Under the pieces are notes generated by a model. It worked only from the letters and a program-made list of their open reading frames with translations. It ran no database searches and was not told the origin of the DNA. DNA of 64,000 nt from Antedon mediterranea (taxonomy: Eukaryota > Animalia > Echinodermata): contig NC_092674.1 of assembly GCF_964355755.1 (NCBI RefSeq), positions 24,800,001-24,864,000 of the forward strand, written 5' to 3'. Positions 36,305-47,900 of this stretch are shown here, piece by piece (position 1 is the first letter of the stretch; every line of letters starts with the position of its first letter). A program made the position numbers and the translations under genes.

Positions 36305-39201
36305 ATGGATAAGTCTAAGTTTGTATGTAAAGTTCTTATTGTGTTGTATGTACATTTGACGACTACAGTTAGTGGTGCTGAAGTTGATGAAATTGATGGA
36401 AACTCATGTAAGACTGATCTTAAAACATTACCAGGTAAGTCATACCGACAGATATATTTAAACCAGCTTCCGCATTGCTATTCGCGATTTCTACAAATTT
36501 ATATTTTGAATATCTTGCAGATATTTGTTATCTTAGATAATTGTTAATTTTAATAATTGTAAATTGATTCCGCCAATCTAAACTGTCCAGAGATGTTTAT
36601 AACGAATTCATAAAAGGGGGGAAAAATATAGAATCAATCAAAATAATTTAAAATGGTTAAAATAATCTAGTACAGCGCATTTTTTTTCCTTTTCAATAAT
36701 AAATTTAGAACAATTTCATTTAAAAAATGAACCAAAATTGTGGAAACTTTATCTTTTCAAATTAGGCAAAAAATAAATAACAGATATTGATATTTAAGCA
36801 CAACGTAAACATCGATCTCGTTTCCCACAATGCATCATTTTCACCTCAACTTTTAGATCTACAGCAAAAACAATAATAGGCCTATATATAACATTTGCCT
36901 ATCCTAGGTACAGAAGTTCGTATTTTTTATTTTCAGTTACTGGTAATGGATTCGATAACCTACGTAATGTAGATATGGGTCAGGTGCTTTTGAATTCTTA
37001 CAAAAAATGCCAGACGACAAACGACAAGAAATACATAGTCGCAGATGACGTCACTGTTATACCGATTAAACACAGTCAAGTTAGTCGAAGTTATTAGGCT
37101 TTATATTGTTGTGGTAACCATAAAGTGTTATAAAGAAAGTCGATTGGGACTATAACATATCAACGTAATTACTATTCAGTCAGGGGAAAAATGACAAAAG
37201 TCTTCCTACTTTCTAGGAGTTTTATATGGTTAAGAATATCACATAGTATATATTGTTTTGACAACTCTTAACTCACTTTGTAATGTACGTAATGGCTACA
37301 GCAATTTTCCCCTAACTGTATTGGAACAATCCACAGAAGGTGTAAAATGAATATTAATTTAATTATTACAATGTTTTATCTATAGATTGATGAGATTCCT
37401 GAATTGTTTGAGCATTGGTACAATTATACCAGTACAACAAGCGACTTCATAAACGCTCATGTGTCACTATTTAGTGATATTAGCGGAATGTTTTCTGATG
37501 AAAATGAATTGGTAAAGACCAAGCAAGTGTATGATAAATCTTCAACCACGCGCGTTCAAGTACGTCATCATCTGTATAAAGCACGCACCGACAATCCAAT
37601 TTTACATCCTACATTCAAGTCACGTGTTATGAACATCTGCGCCAACTTCCAGAATAACGATACGCGAATGGCAAGATATATTACACAGCAGCTGATCAGA
37701 GACTATGGAACGCACGTGGTGACGGTGGTGGATGTTGGTGGAGTGTATCTTCAGCTAGATCAGATTAAAAACACCTTTGTCAATAATTTGGATTCAGAGA
37801 AACACATTGTAAAGGCTGCTGCTAGTTTTTGGTTTTGGAAAATCTCAGCTGGTGGCGGATTCTCAAGCTCTTCTAGTCAAACCATGAATGAATATTACCG
37901 CACAAACCGAACTTATTCGAAAATTGAAACACATGGCAGTGATCCTTATACAGAGATGCTAACACAAGCAGAATGGCAGAACAGCCTGCCAAACAACCTC
38001 GTAGCTATTGACAAAGATGGAGATCCATTACACTATATGATTACGACAAACACGTTGCCAGACATTCCTGAACCAACTGTCACTTATGTCTCTAACTTAA
38101 TCTATGAAGAAATTAAACGTTACTATGATGTCAACACTCACAAGGGCTGTATAGATATGGATTCGGCTAACTTTGATTTCGGGGCAAATACAGCCGACGG
38201 GTCATGCATTGCACCATATAACAGTTACATATTTGGTGGTGTCTATCAAACGTGTGAGATGAAGCCAGGATCCGACGCTGGAGATATGTGTCCTAGTCTT
38301 TCACAGAAGAACCCTCTGACAGGTGACTTTACCTGTCAAAGTGGTTACGAAGCGGTTCAATTAAACACTGGTGAAGAACATCACACTGCGTCCAGACCAG
38401 AATGCCAGCCACATTGCAAAATCGCTGGCCGTTGGTTATGTAACACATCATGCAAAACTATTTACCTCTCCAGCACGGCTGTTTACAAAACATTCTGGTG
38501 TGTCGCTACTGAACCCGTTCCAGCTGATACTGGCTACTGTTTATACATCTACTATGCCAAATCTATTAACAGAAGCCCACCGATGTCCAATCACATTCTA
38601 TTCGCTGAGAATGGGTTCTGACCTTTTTGTGTGTGTCAACGATGACTACGACCTAGGCTACAGGTACTCCGTTCCATTTGCCGGCTTTTTCAGTTGTTCT
38701 GCGGGAAATCCATTGAGCTTACAAATCACACATGTATCAGCTACGTTCCTCGATGAGGGTTCTGCAGCAAACTGGCCTCAGAAGTGTCCTTCTGGTTACA
38801 GTCAACACCTTGCTGCCATTGATAATGATTGTCGTATTGACTTCTGTATCAAGGCAACTGCCCTTTCTGGCATCGGTCTTCCAAAAATAATTCGTCCTCC
38901 ATACAATCCGAAACCAACCCGTAATCCTAATACAACCGAGCCTAGGTACATAGTTGGAACACATTCAAAGGTCTGGGTGAAAAATATAACGAGCTTAAAA
39001 TGGAGATTAACAAGCGTGCCTCCTATAGACAAAGCTCAGACAACCAAAGACACAAAAGGTAGAAACATCAACATGTCTATGGTATTTGGGGTTATAATAG
39101 GAGTAATAGTGTTTGTTGTGATCGCAATTCTAGTAGCTTATAAAATTCTTACCAAAAAGAATGCATTTAATTATCAAAGAATAAATACGTTTGAATACTG
39201 A
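36305..39201 (+). pseudogene. MPEG1: MPEG1/perforin-2 copy C: complete three-exon gene with a single frameshift (pseudogene, truncated isoform or assembly error)
   Basis: Exons 36305-36434, 36937-37079 and 37386-39201. An 11-nt deletion after 38537 relative to copy A removes LFGG and gives a stop at 38621. The downstream frame retains the rest of P2, a TM helix (MVFGVIIGVIVFVVIAILVAY) and a tail with YQRI. Confidence 0.8.
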
Positions 39202-39719
39202 ATCGCACGTCATGTGAATATTCTCAGAATCGACTGGAAGTTTTAACAACTATGAGTTAAACTGTATGAGATTCAACACAACTTGAAAGTTGATGATATA
39301 GTGAACAATATTAACAACCTTTTATTAGTTTTCTTTTTTAGTTACTCTTACCCTTCCATTGGTTTACTTAAGTAGTCTTAATAATGATGTATAAATCAAT
39401 TCAAACTGTTGTCAAATGTATTAGGCAATACATGCAACCTTTTCAATTTGTTTTGTTTATCCGAATTGCTATTGTCTTTTCACATGGTGTTTCGATGGTG
39501 GATGAATGATTTTTTTTTCAGTTTGGTCTATTATTTTCTACGTCCTCTGCGAATTTACATGACGAATGCGCATGTGTTACGACGACGTCAAACGGTTTTA
39601 GAAAGGTTTTTTATAAATTTGTTTCCATAAACAAAAACACAAATAGAGTCCACCGACATTACTTGTCATCGTTGATAAAAATCTAATGCCACAACTCAGC
39701 ATTTGCTTTGTATACTTTA

Positions 39720-39869
39720 AGCTCTGTCTACACTATCAAACTTTATGTGACAAAAAAAATATATGGACATGATGATGTCACATCACTACCATATGCGGGC
39801 ATATCACTACCATATGTGGGCACATCACACTTTTTTTGGTCAAACTAGTTTGATAGTGTAGACAGAGAT
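39720..39869. mobile_element. MITE family 2 (PIF/Harbinger-like); other copies about 42263-42404, 45160-45230, 48289-48500, 52072-52209, 52440-52566, 54660-54827, 61339-61482, 63642-63784
   Basis: TIR AGCTCTGTCTACACTATCAAAC / GTTTGATAGTGTAGACAGAGCT with internal CATATCACTACCATATTTGGG repeats. Exact TTA duplication at 61339-61482 and TAA duplication at 52072-52209. Confidence 0.85.
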
Positions 39870-41990
39870 TTACTCAGGTTAATCATTACCACACATTGCG
39901 AGAATTGGTTTGTTGGTTTCTCTATCTTTCTTTGTTTTGAAAAAGTAAATAGGCCTACTATAACAATAGATCAATATAGAATTAAGCAAAGTGATATTAA
40001 TAAGATACTAAATGAGTTATGTGTTAAGTGCATTACCATCATTTTCTATTTAACCTTTAACTTATTTAAATTTTCATTCTAAATAAAACACTAGGTACTG
40101 TATATATTTTGATTCGGACCCGTGGTGGTCCTTGATAAGTAAATTTGTTTACGAACACGTTATTAGTGGTGGCGTGCAACAAGCATAAAATAGATATAAA
40201 GCTTGGTTATCATTAGCGACGTAACGTAATCTACGCAACGTAATCTACGCAACGTAAGAAAATGCCCTTCCAATCATTGTGTTTTTCTCCGCCTGCGTGA
40301 AATCAAACCTACGGTGTTTGCAGCAATATTGCGTCGTCGGTTCCCACTTGTGATTACGCAATACAGCACTTTGCGTCGATACGTCGTTCTAGTGGGAATT
40401 ACGCGTTAGCGTTCACATAAAATGTGTTTGTATTCTGTACATGTGAATACAGCTGTAGTATAGTACGGATTTTTGTTTTGCAGTGTGAACGTTGCTTTAT
40501 CTAAATTATTTTCAGTGTGACCTTTGTACTGTTTACATTCTATTATTTCCGCCCACATTGTACGTCTATTTACCACAGAAAGGCATGCCTGTTATGTTGT
40601 TTTCATAGATAATATTCGGCTTACGTGCGTTTCCACTCTGTCTTTCATGTGTCCACATGATTCGGTTCGTTTATTTATTCGACCAACATAATATCAATAC
40701 AATATACAATAAAAACAAATGGAAAATGCTTGGCAAGGGCAGCTTAAGAAAAATATATCGATGTTTCACCTGAACCAGTGACCATTCGAATAATGTGTAT
40801 GTGTATACATCAATAGTTTTTGAAATTGTGTGAAGAAAGTAAAAGAAGTGCAAAAAAAAATATGTTAGTGGTTTTAGACTTTTATTGAAAGTATATAGTA
40901 AATCTTAAATATTAGATAAAAGTAATCATTAAATATTGATTACCTATCATCACCAAATGACCTCCAGTAATTCTGCATAATTATAATTAATTATATCTAC
41001 ATTCTAAGTATTATTAAAATAAAATAATTCCGAGTATTAATTATTGGTCTTGTTTGTTTTGCAACACTTTATCGAGTCATAAATATGGTTATTTTTGGTG
41101 ATTTTTGAGATTGAATAAAATCAAAATTCATTTGCATTAAGTAATAAAATTAATAATATGTTAAAATGAGAAAAGACTATGTTGTAATTACCTATGAATA
41201 TTGTGGCAACATTGAACTCTGGAATCAGATGTTTAATAATTACCTAAATTATTACCATAAACCGATATAAATATACTAAAGTAAATTTGGATGGAAAATA
41301 CTACTACTGTAAATATCCCTATTATTCTCTCGTACACACACAAATAAAGAATACCATTAAGAAGAAAATTATATAAATATCTGTATTTTAACATAATTGT
41401 ACTGTTAAAAATGTAAATTAAATTATTAATCTCACCGAAAATGTGATGTATTTTAAAGGAAAGAATTCTGGTTTTGTTTGTAGTCATTTGAATGAGATTC
41501 AATCGTTGGTCCAAATATGTAAAATGATATATTATTATGGAAAAACTCTTCCTTTGAGACACTCCTATTAAGGGGACACTTATAAAGTAGGCAACCCCTA
41601 TTCAAGGGACATCCGTTAAGTGGATACTGACTTATAAAAACGGACAGCCCCTATTCAAGGGAAATCAGAAATCCCTAAAAGGGGACACTGTCTTTTAAAA
41701 CGGGCCACTGTCTTTTAAAACGGGCAACCCCAATTCAAGGACATCCGGGCCATTATTTTGTCCCAAAGGTGTCCCTTAATAGAGGTCTTGTATACCAGCA
41801 AAATTATTTAGAAAACTTCAGATTAAATGTTTATCTTGCCGACTGCATTTTTAGTAGCTTTGTTTAACATCAGATGATCATTGTGATGTCACAGTGAACA
41901 ATTCGATAAAGTGCAAATAGTTAGTTGTGAATCTTCATTGAAAATAAACGTGTGACCTACTTGTGACCTCTCTGTCCATCTCGTTTCACT

Positions 41991-44900
41991 TTAACTTGTT
42001 GCACTTAAGAGTAGGTTGACCTAAACAAAGAATGGAAGAAAATTATTTAAAAAAACCTTTAAATAACTAGAGGGCATTCCGAGGGTGTCTAACCTTTGTC
42101 TACAGTATGGTGTTCCTTCTTCATAATTTTACTTTTGTGTCCTAGATCTTAAGTACTATATGTAGTGAGGCTTAATTGCACTACCAACTAGTGAATGGGA
42201 GTGTGACATAATGTGTATGCATTTGGTTTCTAATTTTTGAATGTCAGGTTCCAGTCCTAATTAAGCTCTGTCTAACTTTATGTGACAAAAAAATGTGCCC
42301 ATGGATATGATGATGTCATATGACTACCATATTTAAGCATATCACTACCATATTTGGGTACACCACATTTTGTTTGCCAAACTAGTTTGATAGTGTAGAC
42401 AGACAGTAGAAAAGACTAAAAACTTCGGTCTCTAGGCTGTTCACAAACAAACAACCTAACAAACCCACAAACATACAGGGGCAAACACGTCCTGTAAAGT
42501 TTGAAACTGAGGTAGTAAATGGTACTCTCAAACAAGCAAAATCAGTGTTAAAACTGATATTGTTACAGATATCTACAGGCCATAGAAAGGTAGAGCAACC
42601 TATGTTTGGGTCCCCCATTTTGTCCCAACCTCTTTGGTCACTAATGTTTAAATTGACTGACCTGTTCAACTGATGGACATGCTACTATCTGCTGTTCCTC
42701 TTCTGTATATTGTTCCTTTGTAATTGCCTCCAACTGCTGAAATGCTAACTGAACATTCCCCTAAAAAAAATAAATTCAAAATACCATTAACATTTCTTAT
42801 TTTGTTGCAGTAATTTTTCTCTTTTGGGTTTTATACAGTATAAATCTTCATTTGAGGCACACCTATTCAGGAGACACATCTATTAGAGAGACACCCTATT
42901 CAGGACACACCTATTAAAGGGACACCTTATTCAGGGGACACATCTATTAAAGGGACACCTTATTCAGGGACACATCTATTAAAGGGACACCTTATTCAGG
43001 GGACACATCTATTAAAGGACACCTTATTCAGGGGACACATCTATTAAGGGAACACCTTATTCAGGGGACACATCTATTAAGGGACACCTTATTCAGGGGA
43101 CACATCTATTAAGGGACACCTTATTCAGGGGACACATCTATTAAGGGACACCTTATTCAGGGGACACTTCTATTAAGGGACACCTTATTCAGGGGACACA
43201 TCTATTAAAGGGACACCTTATTCAGGGGACACATCTATTAAGGGACACCTTATTCAGGGGACACATCTATTAAGGGACACCTTATTCAGGGGACACATCT
43301 ATTAAAGGGACACCTTATTCAGGGACACATCTATTAAAGGGACACCTTATTCAGGGGACACATCTATTAAAGGGACACTTTATTCAGGAGACACATCTAT
43401 TAAAGGGACACCTTATTCAGGGGACACATCTATTAAAGGGACACTTTATTCAGGGGACACATCTATTAAAGGGACACTTTATTCAGGGGACACATCTATT
43501 AAGGGACACCTTATTCAGGGGACACATCTATTAAAGGGACACTTTATTCAGGGGACACATCTATTAAAGGGACACTTTATTCAGGGGACACATCTATTAA
43601 GGGACACCTTATTCAGGGGACACATCTATTAAAGGGACACCTTATTCAGGGGACACATCTATTAAAGGGACACCTTATTCAGGGGACACATCTATTAAAG
43701 GGACACCTTATTCAGGGGACACATCTATTAAAGGGGCATTCTATTCACGGACACATCTATTAAAGGGACACCTGGTTCAGAGGACACATCTATTAAAGGG
43801 GACACATCTATCAAAAGGACACTCTATTCAGGGGACACTTCTATTAAAAGAACATTCTATTCAGGGAAGACTTCTATTAAATAGATGCCTTATTCAGGGG
43901 ACACTTCTATTAAAGAGACGTTTTATTCTGTAAACACTTCTATTAATTAAAGGGACACCAGGCACTGCACTGCTGGCTGTTGTGAGTCTGTGGAGGGATG
44001 AATCCGAAGTTTCCATGTAAACTTGAGGACTACCAACATTTACCTTTATATACAGTTAATTATTGGTAATGTGAACCTACCTTTATTGGTCTGAATAGAA
44101 TATACTCGGTGTCCTTATTGGATAGGTAAAGAGACATGGCACGTAACACAGCTGGTAACTTGGACTTGACTTGTTTGTAAGTAACATTCACTATTTCATG
44201 AACTTTTTCTGAAAGCAAATACAAATAATGGATAAAATAAATGAAAGTATGAAATAAAAAATATTTATTGTATGAAAAAAAAACAAAAAAGCAAAATTGC
44301 CTAAAATTATGAAACTTTAACTTTATATGAAAAGAATGTTATACCTGGATTTGCAAAAGGTTGTTGTTTTAAACTTATTCTTGTTCCTTCTTCTTTATTT
44401 AAGTTTAAAACAACATTTGCCTGTAAAACAAAATAAAAAATATGAGCGAACTGAAAATACATTAGAAAATATGACAAAAGCTAAATAAATATTTATTATT
44501 ATTACAGATTTTTAATTGGAAGTAAGATTGGCAATAAATAAAGATATTCTATTGAAAAAAGGGAAATGGAACAGATGTGTACAATTAAGTTGGGTATTTA
44601 TTTATTTTAAAAAATTTATTTAACAACATCTTTATACAGGATTACACAATCGGGTAAAAAAAAACCTTTTTTGCATTGGGTCCTGACTTCAGTCAGAAAA
44701 AAAAAAGTTTAGTTTTGTGACAAAAAAATTAAGCAATTGTTGGAGAATATTTAATTTCAGTTGGTAGGTTATTGCATATTTTAGCGTCTGCAACTTTGAA
44801 CAATGAGTTCATCTTACTAATGGTATAGTAGGGTATTGTTATATTTAGGCATACTCCACGTGTTAAGTGAGTATGAATATCGCCAATCAGCTCAATTTTG

Positions 44901-47900
44901 TTTAATAATCTTGTTGGCGCAAGGCTGTGAACACATTTATACATTAGACAAGCTAGGGATAGATCTCTATATAACTTCATAATAAACCATTGAGGGTGAT
45001 AATTTTCCTAATTATGTATACATGGAAGTGTTCTCAATATTTATGTTGTAATGCTTATAGTTCCTGGCCTATTTAAAATAATAAACACAGTAAGAAAGCT
45101 TTATGAAATGACATGATCAGGCCAGAATTTGAACTACAGTATAAGCTTTAATGCCATTAAGCTCTGTCTACACTAAAAAATTGTGATGTGCCCATATATA
45201 TTGAGAATATCACTACCATATTTGGGCACAAATGGATGTGGATGGCATATGGATTTCAAACCAGAAATGTAACATTACATACCTTTGTTAGAAAGGAGTT
45301 GAGATCTGATATGAAGGTATTGGTGACGTTCTTGATCAAATTTTCACAGGTTTTTCTCAGTTGGTTATCAACATCTTTCTTGGAGTCGATGTAGTGTTCT
45401 AATACTTGAGGTGTTCCCTAAAATAAAATAATAATAAAAACAAAATTAAAATGTGCTTGTAAAAGTAAAATATCCTATATGTTCAAACTTGTTTTCATGG
45501 TTGATATGTTCCTTAGGGGGCTAGGCCACTAGGATTAAATTGATTTGTTGACGCAGTACCCACTGCTACTTTGGGCTTGAATCTTTTTATGATTGATTGC
45601 TATGTTCCTTTGTCAAAAGACAGCATAAGGGGCCTAGGCCCGTAGGATATATCTGTATTACAGTGCTGTTGATGCGGTACTCAATGATATTTTGGGCTTG
45701 AATCTAACCCTAGCCATCAGCTAGAAGTAGGAATTCCATGCTAGTGGTATGGAGATTTTTAGTTTGAGTCACCTCCCCCACCTCTAACCCCCACCCTAAG
45801 AATGATAAGTTTTCTCTAATGTAATTATTAGAAAGTACAATTTCAGTCTACAGTATATAGAAGCTAAATAAACACAACCCTTCAGTATTAATATATAAAT
45901 CTTTTTCAATCTAATAAATAATAATTAAAAAAATAAAATTAGAACCAACATGCATTTAACAACCTACTGTAGATAATGATTAATGATCAGATTATTCAAA
46001 AATAATAAGCTTTCAAGTAACTAATTAAAACATGTCTTTCAATTATTAACTTACACTATCAACAGACTATTCCATTATAAACAAAATATACATGCATAAA
46101 CAGATTTGTGTTTTTTGTACAGGAAAATAATAAGTTGTAATTAAGAAAATGTGACGTATAAATGTCATAATTATTGAACACAAGGTACAGTTATATTAGT
46201 AAATACATATAGAATTGATTTTTTAGCATTTTGTCATCATGCATATACGGTAAATATGCGTGCAATTCTTACCGACTTTAAATTGTATGGAATTAAAATG
46301 AGATTGTTGAAGACAACAGGAAGGAAGGGTCCAAAGGAGGTGAAGATGAAGAATGTGTAAAACAAAAATAAAATAATACAAATTAAAATTTAAGTAATAT
46401 GAATGAAAAATTGTTTTTACAAAAAAAATTTTAAATTTGTTGTTGTTTTTCTACATACTGTATGTCACCAAACAATTTTTTCAATTTTTTCCTTTTTTTT
46501 TGTTGAAATACTGAACAACAAAAATGAATGTACTGTATTGGCTTTTTAACCTCAGACAGTTATTTCAGATTTCATGTAAGCATGTATATACTCAAAACTT
46601 CAATACACTTTTTTTGTTCTTAATCTTTGTAAAGTGTAAATTTTCTACAATAAAAAACATTACATAAAACGTAAATGACTTAAGCTAAAAGTAAAAATGA
46701 AGCTTACCTCAAACAGAAACTCAAGAAAAGCATTGTTGCTGTTCACAGAAAACAATCTAGATCTTTGACTAAATAAACTATAGGCAGCAACTGCAAACAA
46801 ACAAAAGAAAATTAAACCATAGAACAAAAACACCCTAGGGCAACTACACCTAGGACAACTACCTCGCATGACTACCACATAGGACATCTATGCTATAGGA
46901 CAACTAGGCCGTGAGACAACCAGGCCGTGATACAACCAGGCCGTGAGACAACCAGGCCGTGAGACAACCAGGCCGTGAGACAACCAGGCCGTGAGACAAC
47001 CAGGCCGTGAGACAACCAGGTCGTGAGACAACCAGGCCGGGACAACCAGGCCGTGAGACAACCAGGCCGTGAGACAACCAGGCCGTGAGACAACCAGGCC
47101 GTGAGACAACCAGGCCGTGAGACAACCAGGCCGTGAGACAACCAGGCCGTGGGACAACCAGGCCGTGGGACAATCTATAGAACAACTACCCCAAAGGACA
47201 ACTACTCTACTAATTCTAACCAGTAGTGGGACTGTTTTCATTACAAAATATGCTGTGACAAAACCATGATTTTAACCTAGTATCATGGGGTTGGAAGGCA
47301 AGTATGTTAACCACCATGCAACAGTGCCACTAGTCAGATAAACCTACCTCTCATTTTACTGAAATCTAAAGCAGTCTCCTTAATTGAGAAGTCAACATGA
47401 AATGGCGCGATCTGTTCTCTGAGTATTAGCAAGTGTTTCACTAAAAATAACTGCCCATCAAGCTCCGACTAAAAAAAAAAAGAAAAGAAAATAAATTAGT
47501 ATTATAATAATATAAGTTCACTCTTTATTACCACCAAAACCAACCTATTTGAAATACAATACTGTAGGGTTACTTATAGTTTATACTAAATTAATATAAT
47601 TAATACCAAACTACTACATTATATTACATTACTACACACTATATAAAAGGAAAGCCACAACTAGTTTTTCCACGATGGGTACCGCCGTCAATGGAATGGA
47701 AAATTCCACCAACAATTTCTTGTGTTTAGCAAATACATACAACATATTTTTACTAAGCACTTTATTACCTTTCTCTTTTTGATTCCTTGCTCAGCAACAA
47801 TGAGCGACAAGATACAAGCATGTAACCCTTCTTGTGACAACCCTTGAAATATTGCTTTCTGCAAGAATAAAAAACACCAAACAATCAAATATGAATTTAT

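Noticed and set aside
38371-38621. Programmed ribosomal frameshift between overlapping MPEG1-C ORFs
   Set aside because: Comparison with copies A and B shows a simple 11-nt deletion of conserved codons, and no slippery heptamer is present at the site.
42856-43960. CRISPR-like array of about 33-bp repeats
   Set aside because: Units are directly adjacent with no unique spacers, lie in a eukaryotic intron and have no cas genes nearby. It is a minisatellite.
46888-47241. Repetitive ORFs ([16 protein letters not shown])n in three frames
   Set aside because: Translation artefact of a stop-free 16-bp tandem repeat within a COG3 intron.
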